Shown here in pieces: positions 52,630-64,000 of a stretch of DNA of 64,000 nt (the stretch's first letter is position 1; every line of letters begins with the position of its first letter). The notes under the pieces are model-generated. The model had not been told where the DNA came from. It saw nothing but the letters and a program-made list of their open reading frames with translations, and did no database searches. The DNA is from Phoronis australis (taxonomy: Eukaryota > Animalia > Phoronida). Where the stretch lies: NCBI GenBank assembly GCA_002633005.1, contig NMRA01000027.1:25656-89655 (forward strand), given 5' to 3'. The translations under genes were made by a program, and so were the position numbers.

Positions 52630-53690
52630 AGTTAGAAATTGTTAAACTCGATGAGAGGATTACACAAACTTATCACCAAGGTTTTGAAGTTGAATGAAGA
52701 ACTGGTCAAGCTTAAAAGGGAAAATGAGGTCTTGAAGAAAAAAGTGAATGCTCTTGAGCAGTATTCAAAAAGGAATATGATGTCATTCAGAATAGAGCCT
52801 CGCAATTTTTCTTGAGCGTTCACAAATTCACTCCTAATCATGCTGTTAAGGGTGACATGGGGTGGGAATTTCCCAGTGTTAGGCGGAAAGTTGAGCTTTT
52901 GAGAATGTGGAATCGTGTTATTAATTTCGAGGAAGATAGACCAACATATCAAATATTTCGGTGGGACTACACAGCCTGTACTAATAAGTGGTCTTCTGAC
53001 GTTTTGAACATTTTTGAAGAATTATGGATTTCGGATTGTTTTCATAATTTACGCTCAGTTAATCTCTCTCACTGTAAGAATATTTTGCATTATTTGGCCT
53101 GTAGTAGGTGGCTGTTTGAATGCCGTACGAAGCCAAAGTTAAGACATGGGCGGCGCAGCACTGAAAAAAAATGGAAGGGCTAAAACCCCCATGTGGTGCA
53201 TCGCCTATAGACCATAAGCGGCGCAGCACTGGAAAAACTGGAGGTGCTATAGCTCCTCGCCCCAGCCCCCTATCATATGTTGCACCGCCCATGTAAGAAC
53301 CTATTTTTGATGAAGAATGTTTCTGAAGTTGAGCCTTACATGCAGTCAGACATAACTTGGCCTAGTAGGTCAATTCTTGCTGAAATTAGAACGGGAACCC
53401 TACAGCTATTGGTTGAGGTTGGGCGTTTTCGTTCTCTGGAATTTGATAATAGAATTTGCTGTCTTTGACACATTGGTCAGGTCGAAACTGAAGTACATTT
53501 TCTGCTTGAGCGTCCGTTTTTCTTAGATGCCAGAAACACCTTTTACTCTCAAGTTGAGATTAAACGTCCACGATTTCATGCTGTGAAAGTAAATTAATTA
53601 AAATTATGCAAAAAGATGTTATCAGGAAAACTTGCATTCTTCATCAAAAATATTTTTGAAGTACGGAAAAAAATTATTTATGTTCTAGCC
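52630..53690 (+). mobile_element. LINE remnant: ORF1-like coiled coil joined to ORF2 C-terminus
   Basis: LKRENEVLKKKVNALEQYSKRN (ORF1-like), then AVKGDMGW..KPKLRTY..RSILAEIRTG..VEVGRF..RICC..ETEVHFLL (ORF2 tail with CCHC-like region). Confidence 0.75.
53145..53293. mobile_element. 149-bp MITE inserted in the LINE remnant
   Basis: TIR CATGGGCGGCGCA / TGCACCGCCCATG; TSD TAAGA. Removing it restores KPKLRTY. Confidence 0.85.
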
Positions 53691-54048
53691 GTTACCAATG
53701 CTTAAGCACAGGTAGTAGCCTAGGGGAAATGCCGAAGGGAAATAGCTACACCTTCAAGTGAACATCAGTGTTCATCGTAAGAAACATGGGCATTTCTTGA
53801 AAAGATCGTTTTATTCTAAAGCTTCAGTAAGAATTTCTGTAAGATTTAGGCAGGGTTTGGGGCTGCGGGATTCTTTCCCCAAGCAGTAAAAATATTTTTT
53901 CCAGAACATTTGACCCTGCCGTAACATAATGTACAGTAATAAGCTATTCTTTAAGTGGAAACTGAGGAAGCATTAAAAATACAGCTATTGTACACAAAGT
54001 ATACAATGTATTTACAAAAGTCACATAAATGTACATCCTTAGGTAGAT

Positions 54049-54259
54049 AGCCAGCTAGCTGTATGAAGAAGACTATCGTCAACTTACAACCAGCTAGCTG
54101 TATGAAGAAAACTGTCATCAACTTACAGCCAGCTAGCTGTATGAAGAAGACTATCGTCAACTTACAGCCAGCTAGCTGTATAAAGAAGATTATCGTCAAC
54201 TTACAGCCAGCTAGCTGTATGAAGAAGACTATCGTCAACTTACAGCTAGGTAGCTGTAT
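54049..54259. repeat. Minisatellite, 39-bp unit x ~5.4
   Basis: Unit AGCCAGCTAGCTGTATGAAGAAGACTATCGTCAACTTAC. Confidence 0.95.
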
Positions 54260-54401
54260 CTTGAGCTCCGTTAGACACCGAAACTTTACACAACCCGGGT
54301 AGCTCAGATCGTCACCTCGTTGTGAAACTTATATGAATGTCTAGAGCTAATCGGACTGGCGGGGGTGCATGCAGAATCTTTGGGAATCAACCGACACTCA
54401 C

Positions 54402-55130
54402 CTTGTCCGTTGCAACCGTTTAAGGGAAAAAACAATCTAATAAACGTCATTTTTGCGTAATTCTCCGCCTTTTGTAACAAAGACAGTCTACCGTTGTTTT
54501 GAAAACAATGCGCTTGTGACACACGCAAGCGCCATTTCCTGCTGAAATTTTGCTTGTGATATCTCTCGGGAGATGATGACAGCTTCGCAGTCAACTGGGT
54601 TTGCTGGTATTAAAATACTAAAAACTTGTTACGAAATGAAACCAATTCCTATTGTTATGGCATGTACGCAACCTCGTGGAACAGAAGATTGAAGAATCGG
54701 GTAAATTGGCGACGCAATGGCGCCGTAAGCCGACCCAAACGAGCCCACCACAGTTTAAGCAGCAAAATAGCGGTAGATCGACAATTTTTCCAACATCTGT
54801 AAATATTTAACTTTGCTCAAGGAAAAGTTTTAGTTTTTAATGATATCATTAAGTTTGGCTGTGACAGGCCCGAAGAAGTATATACGCGACGGAAGCCGGA
54901 GCGAATGAAATTAAGCCGACGGACTGACGTCACCCAGGCCGTTGAGCCGACGAACTGACGTCACCAAGGCCAGTACGAAACTGACCACTCTCCCTCCGCG
55001 TCCGCGAAAAAACGGCCCGCGAGAAAAAAGGGGACATCTCGATTCTAAATAGAGGGCCGTTGCACTACATGGGACCAAAACGGGCGCAACGGTCGCAGTA
55101 GTGCAGCGGGGGAGACGGAGATTGCGCGAA
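54402..55130 (-). promoter_or_regulatory. Candidate promoter and first exon of dystrobrevin
   Basis: CpG-rich. Consensus donor AAG|gtgagt at 54402/54401; GCGCCATTTCCTG (YY1/ETS-like, ~54529); TCTCGGGAGA (~54564); two TGACGTCA CRE sites (54925, 54956). The CRE part could be TE-derived. Confidence 0.45.
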
Positions 55131-56768
55131 CGATGCATTTCATATAATAGATGATCAGTCTTATCACTGTGTTCTCTTTTTGGTCCTCTTGCATTGCGTG
55201 TACACATGTTTTTTCTTTTTGTTTATTCATGCATCTAAAGTGACTTACAAGCCCCGTGGTGGGCTGAGTGTTCGTGTTTTGTTACGTATTGCTTTAATCC
55301 ATCTGTACAAGCACATGTCACTATAATAAAAAATTTACTAGCTTACTTACTTTGCAAACCCTTTGCCCAATAAACCAGTACAGTGGGCGTCTATGTACTA
55401 ATTAATGAATATTGATTATGACATTCACTCAGTCGTCTGATGATTAGTGCATACTGTTCGTAGGGTGCATAGAACTGTAGCCCTGGAATGCCAACTCCCG
55501 CATGTGACACTGTAAATTTTATTTTTAGAGCTTGCGACGCCGAGACCAGTCGCGAGAGTAGGCATTGTAAATTTCCGGCTGACTGCTCGACTAAGTTTTG
55601 ATCAAGTGTTGTAGTTATCAAATCAAACCTAATTACATTGCTTCATTGTTAATTTGGCATTTTTGTTCATCAAGCGTAAAACTTTTGAACTACGGTTTTA
55701 GAAAACAAGCGATTTTTTGGAAAAAATAGTTAACAATCCAGACAATTACAATGGTTATTCTTTATACGCAACGACCCATGCCGGGCCTATGCCAGATACC
55801 GGGAATAGCCAGTCCATGTATTAGCTTTACTTTCTGAAGAAATGACATTATTTACAAACTACTATGGAAAGTCCTACACTGCATCCTATGAAATGATTTG
55901 GCCACATGAATTCCAAACCTAAAAATTAGATGTTTGCTCATTTTTATCTATAAGGAAGCCTTTAACTGCAAACCACCGATAGATAGTTGAACTAATTAGT
56001 TTTACAGACAGATAGTTGAACTAATCAGTTAAACACATTTTTGTAAATGTTGCTGCATCCTGGGTTTTTACTCAAGAACTGTGTCAAACGTCACTTAAGA
56101 TCCAAATAATATAATAACATGTATAATTTTGGATAAATGGCTGACTATATTTTTCAAAGTAACTGTAAGGGATCCATATAGCGTAGAAATCTTTTGAATC
56201 CTTCAACTTATTTCCCTGCTGGTTTAATTACTCATTTATATAACCTCTCTGGTACATTTTATTTTTATGTTACTTATTATTTTATTTTGAACTTTGGCAA
56301 CAGAAAATATTTTATAAACCTGTCAGGTATGCGAAATGATGATTATTTGCGAATTAAATTATTTATCGTTTGTTTTTGAATCTTACACCATCGAGAACTA
56401 ACGAAGGCTTACTAATGACACAACTGGACTCAGTCCCCAGACGAAGTGACGAAGTACTTATTCTTAGAGTGATGACGAGAGAGCATCACGACAGGTATAT
56501 AAAGGGTGGGGGATTACTTTATTCAGTCTCACTTCACTTGTCGGCCCCCAAACCTCCAAATACTTACGAACCGCACTACTAAGAAGCGTACATGACTTTC
56601 GAATAACAATTTTCAGTGTTGAATGTAACTGTGTCTGGGAAAGCTGGATACAAATTTGTTTACAATTTACATAAACAGGCTTTTTGTTATGTTCTTCAGT
56701 TTTGAAAGTTTTATTCCGTCTACTCAGTATCAGTTTGCTAAAACAATGAGCCACAAGTGTAACACTAC

Positions 56769-57216
56769 TTAGTTTACACGTCGTTCGTAGTTCATATCCA
56801 GCTTATCAGGCTTACTGTATTTTTTCACCATTTTTCGAGGATGTGGCTGTGCAAGGAATTCTATCCGATCAACCGAGATGGCTTTAATGTTGTCACGTGA
56901 TTTGGGTAGGCTATTTCTCCGTCTAGAGACCGGCCTGTCCCCGATGAACTTAATGTCCTTATAATCAACGTCTTGGAACCTGGCCGTTACCAGACGCGGT
57001 TTAGCAAGAGACGCTAGTCTTTCTGAACACGTGCTCCGAAGGATCGTTCTTTTACCTTTCTGTAGAATGTCTCTTGGAAAGTATCGTTTATTTAACGACT
57101 GATCTGTGCGCCTCGGTCGTGATAGTGATATCAGGCGATCTGTAGTGACCGCGTGTAATGCAGCTGAGGTGATTCGCGTAAGGGGTGAGCACCGCCCGTC
57201 TGGCCACACATGGCAA
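56769..57216 (-). CDS. THEG/SPMAP2-like protein, last exon (THEG repeats)
   Basis: Three repeats TDRLISLSRPR, SERLASLAKPR and VDRIEFLAQPH. Phase-2 acceptor ttttcag; TAA stop at 56771-69; AATAAA at 56715-10. Confidence 0.7.
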
Positions 57217-57304
57217 CTGAAAATCAATTCAACTTTCTTATAGACTCCTTTATTCTATGAGGCGACTCAAAACGTTTTAAGTGAACCTTCTATGAGGTAA
57301 GAGA

Positions 57305-57552
57305 GGTAGTAAATAAACTCAAGTAAGGAGGTAAATATACTCAAGCAAGGAGGTAAATATACTCGAGCAAGGAGGTAAATATACTCGAGCAAGGAGGTAA
57401 ATATACTCGAGCAAGGAGGTAAATATACGCGAGCAAGGAGGTAAATATACTCGAGCAAGGAGGCAAATATACTCGAGCAAGGAGGTAAATATACTCGAGC
57501 AAGCAGGTAAATATACTCGAGCAAGCAGGTAAATATACTCGAGCAAGCAGTA
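57305..57552. repeat. Minisatellite, 22-bp unit x ~11
   Basis: Unit AGGAGGTAAATATACTCGAGCA. Confidence 0.95.
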
Positions 57553-57594
57553 AGGTTGCGTTTAGCATTATTTGCATTGTATGTTGTCAACATA

Positions 57595-59799
57595 TAGTCA
57601 GGTTTGTTGTGTAAGTAAACATTTTTGGAAACCTCATGCAATGACAAATCAGAAAATAATTGATTCCATTTTTGGCGGCCATCTAGGATTTTCAAAAATG
57701 GCGCTGGTAATATGGATTTTTCCCAATACCTCTGCTTTTGGGTCACTTAGAATGTTGATTTTTATGGCTACACCTGCATTTCTCAGCACAAGGAACTGGA
57801 AATTTTAATTTTATTGGCGGCCATCTTAGCGACCATCTTGGATTTTTGAAAATGGCGCCCGCAAAATACATTTTCCTCAGTATCTTTGCCCCTGGGTCAC
57901 TTAAAATGTTAGTTTCAATGGCTGCACCCACATTTTTGTGGTCAGGAAATCTGAAAATGCAAGTTATTAAATGAGAAACATAATCAAAACCCCATTTATT
58001 AGCAGCCACATTTTCTGAATGCATTCTTCATGTAATTCAACACATGGTCACTATCTTACTTTCTTATATATTTTGTTCGGAGCTTGTTTCCTTCAAGACA
58101 CTTTAACTAAACCAATACCTAAACAACTTATTTACGTTTGAAGAACAAGAAAGTATTTTTTTGTAATGTCAATAGTCTTTCAAAACTGTGAAATCATAAA
58201 TCATTGCTATAGCCATCAATGTCACCAGGAATCATATCATCATCATCACCATTCTGACATTCTGCACTACACTGACATAGATCTGTGTAAGGTAGGTCCT
58301 TTGATCTGCAAGAGCATCTTTGGGAAGAGCAATCGTTTTTGCACTGGCATCAAACCATCTCAATGAAAGCCTCTGGCGTCGGAAACTCCTCAGTTGTGAG
58401 GGTTCCAGCTGGTCCTCTTTGTCCTTGTAAATTCATTCTGCAATGGGTCAAGGAACTCTTGTCGAGCAATGACTGCCTGGCCCCACACTCTGGCTTGAAT
58501 AAACGCCCTCAGCTCATGCTGTTTCAAAGCATCAATGGTTGATGGACGTTTCTCGCTGTCAGCCATATGTTTACAGAAGAGGTACCATCTCAGCTCTGGG
58601 GTGCCTGTAAGGCAGGGGTTTATTCATTGCTGGCTTCTCAGAACATTTGCACTCACGAGCACTCCAAGGCATTACAAATTGTATCTAATGAGACAGACTT
58701 TGTTTCAGTTTCATATAAGCATTTGTTAGAATGAGAATAATTCATTTTGAAACAGAACGCAGAATAATAAACGTCTACATGGCAACTCGCCCGGGGCCTA
58801 TCCCAACTTAGTCAAGAGCTCATCCGACGAAGACTTCACGGTCGGATCGTTAGGTTTCACAGGCTATCAGTTCCAACCGGAATACAATGATCAAGAAATA
58901 CTAGAGGCGCCGTGAGGATGCACAGGCAACGGGACGTAAAAGCAGATAGTTCTTTGGTAAGCCGGAATTCGTCACAGAAATCACTGTCGACGAAATGCCG
59001 CCACAGACACGGAGATGTTTCACGGCCTCATATTTGCTATTAACGTGCTATTACCTTTCATTCTTCACTAGTGCTAGCCACTTCCTAAGCATTTCGGGCT
59101 CTCGAGGAAGTCGAAAAAAACAGTATTACCCGCTTTTTTCGCAGCTTCATAGTTCGGACAAGAGGAAACGATGCACAGCAATATAGCGGCATTCACTCTG
59201 CAGACGAACCACTGACGTCACTGCGTCGTTTCTCACCTTCCTCACAGGTTAACGCGACACCTCTCGGCAAGGTGAGGTCGACTGTATAAGAGGTGATGTG
59301 GATATAGACCGATCAAGACGGTAAAAAGACTAATTAAATCGGTTGGCATTCTCCTTTAAAATCATTAAGATATGTCTCATTTTAGAAATAGTGTATTTCA
59401 ATTCCTTACCTCACACAATGTGGGTGCAGCCATTAAAACTAAACATTATAAGTGACCCAAGAGCAGAGATACTGAGCAAAATGTATTTTACAGGCTCCAT
59501 TTTTGAAATTCCACGATGGCCGCCAATAAAATTAAAATTTCCAATTCATTGACCTCAGCACTGCAGGTGTAGCCATAAAAACTAACTTCCTCAGTAACCC
59601 AAGGGCGGATGTATTGGGCAAAATCTTATTTTACGGGCGCCATTTTTGAAAATCCAAGATGGCCGCCAGGATGGCCACTAAAAATGGTATCAGTTATTTT
59701 CTGTTTCGTTATTTCATGAGGTTTCCAAAAATGTATAGTTTCCACTTTCCCCCAAAAATCCAAACAAATGTCAAAATTTGAACACAGTGAACCTGACTA
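57595..59799 (-). mobile_element. Internally deleted Academ-like DNA transposon
   Basis: ~370-bp TIRs starting TAGTCAGGTT and 3-bp TSD ATA. Minus-strand remnant at 58600-58240 reads ELRWYLFCK..SEKRPSTIDALKQHELRAFIQARVW..CQCKNDCSSQRCSC..TDLCQCSAECQN (XPG-like tail plus Cys-rich finger). Confidence 0.75.
58600..59355 (-). mobile_element. Second, inverted and truncated copy of the Kolobok-like element, nested in the Academ
   Basis: Reverse complement of 10697-11430; ends TGGCATTCTCCT|TTAA. The THAP remnant reads VC..HFVDSDF. Confidence 0.8.
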
Positions 59800-60763
59800 A
59801 TACCAAAAAGATTCCCTGTTAGTTCATTAGTATTTCTTCGTGGACTACGACTCACTTACAACCGTTATGTTACAACTCATCTGCAATCTACTGCGTAGTG
59901 TGAGACTTGTTTGTGATACTAAACTGTTGCTGATGGTCACGTGGGTCGCAAATTCTCATGACAACACGAATTTACCTGAAGTGTGAGTAATTCATTCCCT
60001 CATGAAATTACCTTTTCGAAACGTGATGGAATAATTGTGCGATAAATTTTGCATTTTTTTAAACGGCCTTTTAATCAAATTATTCACACCAACTCAGCGT
60101 GGTGCTGACCGAGCGAAAACATGGAACATTCAATGAGTTGAAGTATGTTATTGACCATACAGCAGATGCGCACGGGTTCTGGGTTGATTTCTTGACTTTG
60201 AAGACAGAGGGAATGCGTCAATTCCTCATCAACCCTTAGACATAACTTATTTTGTTCTTATTCCTCAGTTCTGTGAATGTTTTGTAGCTGTGGTTCCGGT
60301 CGTGGTGTGTGATGAGTTGACAAAACTCTGTTCTCTTCCAAAATTGGAGTAGATGGAGTGATCTGACCAAAGCACCGCCATAGTTGGTGCATCGTCCTTC
60401 TGAATTTCGCAACCAATGGGAGCGGCGAGTCGAGAGAGATTCCGATACTTTGGAGCGTAACAAACTGTAGGGTTTTTATTGGCACGTTGCCAGATGGATA
60501 TCTGACGCGTTTGTCTGAAACATGAATTTAATATTAAATAGACGCTACTGATTTGTGTCTCCTATTTTAAACACAACTAGAATATTTTCTCAAGTTTTTC
60601 ATACTTTTTATTAATTTTTTGTTTTTGTATTAATCCAAACCATACATAACATTTTCAGAACAATTAGGTACTTCTAAATAGTCAACGAAGAAACATTTCT
60701 TAACTTCAAATTCAAGCACATGGGTAGGCCTTATGCGAAGTCATCGCAATCAATATTACATAC

Positions 60764-61090
60764 TTAGTTGTAGATTTCAGACTCAACGACTGCATCATTT
60801 GATGGCTTGCGATTTCTCTCGGATTGTCTTCAATGCCGCCTGAATTGTCCTCTGTTCCGCTTGGATATTGCGCTGTTCCGCTCAGACAATCATCTGTCCC
60901 GCTGAGATATCCCAACGTTGTCCCAGTTGTCGTTAGCGACGCCGCCACTCCTTTTGACGATTGCGGAGTAGAAAGAAGACTAAGACTCCGATTGAAGGAG
61001 CCCGGTGGAGGGTAAGGAGCGCAATATGGACCAATGCTCTCCCACGTGACACGGCCTCCCGATGTGGGGGTTTTAATTACAATGTGCGGT
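60764..61090 (-). CDS. THEG-like gene, internal exon (327 nt, phase 2-2)
   Basis: Acceptor tttgcag, donor AA|gtatgt. Fully open (PHIVIKTPTSGGRVTWESIGPY...SLSLKSTT) and in phase with the last exon. Confidence 0.55.
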
Positions 61091-61364
61091 CTGCAAAGCC
61101 GTCATTGGTTTAGTTAAATGTCCCTCCTCGCTGACGTAACAATGTTAAAAATATCAAACTACTTCAGGTGACGTGATGCAGTTTAGCGACCAAGAAACAA
61201 CCAGTTTCTAGCTCTGTGTAGATTATCAGTGGATAAAGTCCCGGGCAAAATGAACGTCTTTTAGAAATCATTTCATTTCGTAAATAAAATACTTCATAAA
61301 ATTGGACAACACGTCTCACATTTTAATGAAAATCAACGAGGAATTGTTAATCAATATTACTTGC

Positions 61365-61669
61365 CGTCTGGCTGTTGACGATTCATTAAGAGTCTTGGGT
61401 AATGCTAACATTTCTCGCCTAACTAAAGCTCTGGAAGCATGAGTCTTAGATATGGAGTTCATGGCTCCGGCAGCAGAGGAAGCGCTCCTTTTCTTGAGTG
61501 CGCATCTGAAATCGGTAGCCGATAACATAGACGAAAAAACAGTTATTGGCAAGCACAAGCCAGTCGTCTGTGTTGTATTTACACCAGAGGGTGTCTCCGT
61601 GCGCACATTCAAATTACGGATCAAAGCTCTCGTGTATGACGTGTTATAGTCGCAAGTGTTTTGCGACAT
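61365..61669 (-). CDS. THEG-like gene, first coding exon (305 nt, putative GC donor)
   Basis: ATG at 61669; contains the THEG-like RREMLALPK. CG|gcaagt gives the required phase 2. Confidence 0.45.
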
Positions 61670-61865
61670 AGGTCAAGGATTATTACGCATGGGGGTCCAA
61701 ATTTACCTTTAAGTCCATTTTGTTACTGTAAGAAGTATTTTAGCATAAGTGCAAATACATGACGTAAGGAGGGTGAAGCACGAAATAAAAGTGGCTTTTG
61801 GTCAGAAACTCACCTTAGCGATAATTATTGGGAATATCAACTTTACCCGCTGTATATTAAAATGT

Positions 61866-64000
61866 ATTACGTCGATACTTCAATAGATGATATCATTGTG
61901 TGGGGACGCAACAAAGAAGAGCACGACAAAGCACTCATGTTAGCACTAGAAGCAGCTCGTAAGAATAACTTGAAGCTCAACAAAAGCAAGTGCCAATTTG
62001 GGATGACTGAGTTAACCTTACTCGGTGATCGGCTTACTAGTAACGGTGTTAAACCAGACCCACGGAAAGTATCTGCAATCCAGGAAATGGAGAGACCGAA
62101 AGACAAAGCTGCAGTCCAACGGTTTCTAGGCATGACCACGTATCTCGCCAAGTGGGTACCAGAGTTCTCAAAGAAGACAACACCTTTGAGAGAATTGCTT
62201 AACAACAGAAATGAATGGCAATGGGGCCCAGAACAAGAGAATGCATGGAACTTACTCAAGGCTGTACTACAGTCAGAACCAGTCCTACAGTATTACGACC
62301 CGTCAAAACCAATCAAGTTGTCGTAGGATGCTAGCAAGAATGGATTGGGGGCTGTACTTTTACAGCTACATGACCGGCAGTGGAAACCAGTGTCCTATAC
62401 ATCGAGATCGATGACATCAGCGGAAGATAGCTACGCAATGATTGAAAAAGAGCTTCTAGGAATAGCATTTGCCTGCGAACGCTTCCGCCAGTTTATATAT
62501 GGTGCAACAGTGGTTGCAGAAACAGACCACAAGCCTTTAGTGAATATATTTCAGAAAGCACTCATCGACTGTCCACTAAGAATACAACGGATGTTGCTAC
62601 GGTTGCAGCGATATGACCTGAAGGTTGAGTACACACCTGGAAAACATCTTGCAGTCGCCGATACACTTTCGAGAGCACCAGAAAAGACATTAAACCAGAC
62701 AACCTCGGAAGACGACATTAACTGTTACATTGATATGGTTTTCCGCACCATGCAGATCTCGGACGCGAGAATAGACGAAATCAAGGAGGAGACCTCCAAA
62801 GACACAGAACTGACAAACCTTATGGCTGTCATCTTTGACCGCAAAGTAAAAGTGAATGCCCTACAGGCGCCAGCAACTATTGGAATGTTCGAGAAGAACT
62901 GCCTGTTGCAAATGGACTTGTGCTTAAGGGATGTAAACTCGTCATACCTAAGTCACTGAGAAAACTTATGCTATCGAGGAACCATGAAGGACACATGGGA
63001 ATCGAAAAGTGTAGACGTAGAGGAAGAGAATTGTTGTATTGGCCCGGAATGAACGCGGACATAGCTCAGATGGTTCAAAATTGTTCTACCTGCCAAACCT
63101 ATCTTCCTCGACAAGCAGCGGAACCTCTACATCCCATGAAGTACCTACAAGACCCTGGCAAAGGGTTGGATCTGACCTGTTCCAGATCAAACAGAGACAG
63201 TACGTCATAGTAACCGATTACTATTATCTGTACCCGGAAATATCGTACCTGCAGTCTACAACTAGTGGTGCAGTGATAGCAGCGATGAAGTCCATGTTTG
63301 CTCGCCATGGTACGCCTGACGTGATTATTTCGGATAACGGCCCGCAATATAGTTCGTCGGAGTTCAAGAACTTCAGCAAAGAGTGGGACTTTCAACACAT
63401 CACGTCTAGTCCACACTACCCTGCCTCAAAAGGTTTAGCGGAAAGCTCCGTGATACAAGTCAAACATTTGCTCGAGAAGAACGTGGACATGTATAAGGCT
63501 TTGCAAGCATATCGAGCCACACCGATATCATGTGGCTTATCTCCTGCCCAGTTGCTGATGGTAAGAAAAATCAGAACCAGTGTTCCTGTCCATCCAACAT
63601 TACAAAAGGCAGAAAACTCTAAAAATGTGGTTGAGTTCAAGTTGTCTCAAAACGACAAACGCAAAGACTGCTACGATCAGAACACGAGAGCTTTACCCCC
63701 TCTACACGTTGGTGACAAAGTAAACGTGTACGACCACGTGTCGAAGAAGTGGGACGACAAGGCCACAGTACGCGAAGAAGTGTCAACACGGTCTTACCTG
63801 GTTCAGACAGATGAAGGAGCAGAAGTTCGTCGTAACCGACGTGACCTGTACAAACCACCTTCAGCATCCTCACAACAGGAGGCACCAGTGAACAACCAGG
63901 AAACACTGCGGACACCAGATTTAGAACAAACCCAACCGACGCAGCTTAGAAGATCTAGCCGTCCTCGGAATCGACCTGAGCGCCTCATTGAAGAGTGACT
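61866..64000 (+). mobile_element. Decayed, 5'-truncated Ty3/Gypsy LTR retrotransposon pol (RT C-half, RNase H, integrase)
   Basis: Motifs IDDIIVWG, QRFLGM, DAS..GLGAVLLQ, EKELLGI, TDHKPL, HEGHMG..CSTC, SDNGPQY and SSPHYP..GLAE, in the order RT-RH-IN. Stop at 62324-26 and frameshifts near 62850 and 63130; ends RPERLIEE* at 63998. Confidence 0.95.

Noticed and set aside
53951-54302. Repetitive ORFs on both strands (also 57267-57746 and 6247-6456)
   Set aside because: Translations of stop-free minisatellite units.
61683-61718. Strong-context ATG (61718) as the THEG-like start
   Set aside because: It is out of frame with the main ORF and stops after 11 codons; at most a uORF.
61866-64000. Active or domesticated Gypsy gene
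   Set aside because: In-frame stop, two frameshifts and a missing 5' half.

Overview
AT-rich eukaryotic (animal) genomic DNA with two N-gaps. It is probably a marine bilaterian invertebrate, possibly a deuterostome (inference from gene structure and repeat types). There are no prokaryotic features. Two spliced minus-strand genes are present. (1) A dystrobrevin (DTNA/DTNB-like): five coding exons (19792-19726, 18164-18084, 17267-17054, 7308-7223, 5491-5340) join in frame into 200 aa of the EF-hand region. The gene continues off the left edge and has a candidate first exon and promoter at ~54.4-55 kb. (2) A THEG/SPMAP2-like gene (61669-56769, ~359 aa) whose model needs a GC-AG intron. The rest is dense, often nested transposon debris: two LINEs, a decayed Ty3/Gypsy pol, Kolobok, Academ, hAT5-like, Tc2/pogo-like, Harbinger/ISL2EU-like and Penelope remnants, a tRNA-derived SINE and many minisatellites. 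The most striking signal is a DINE-1/Helentron-associated (HINE) family whose ~145-bp central repeats each carry a co-oriented CTCF-like motif (CCACTAG[G/A][G/T/A]GGC). About 29 such motif positions lie in four co-oriented copies inside dystrobrevin introns, making it a candidate mobile CTCF-site array. All calls were made by eye; no searches were run.
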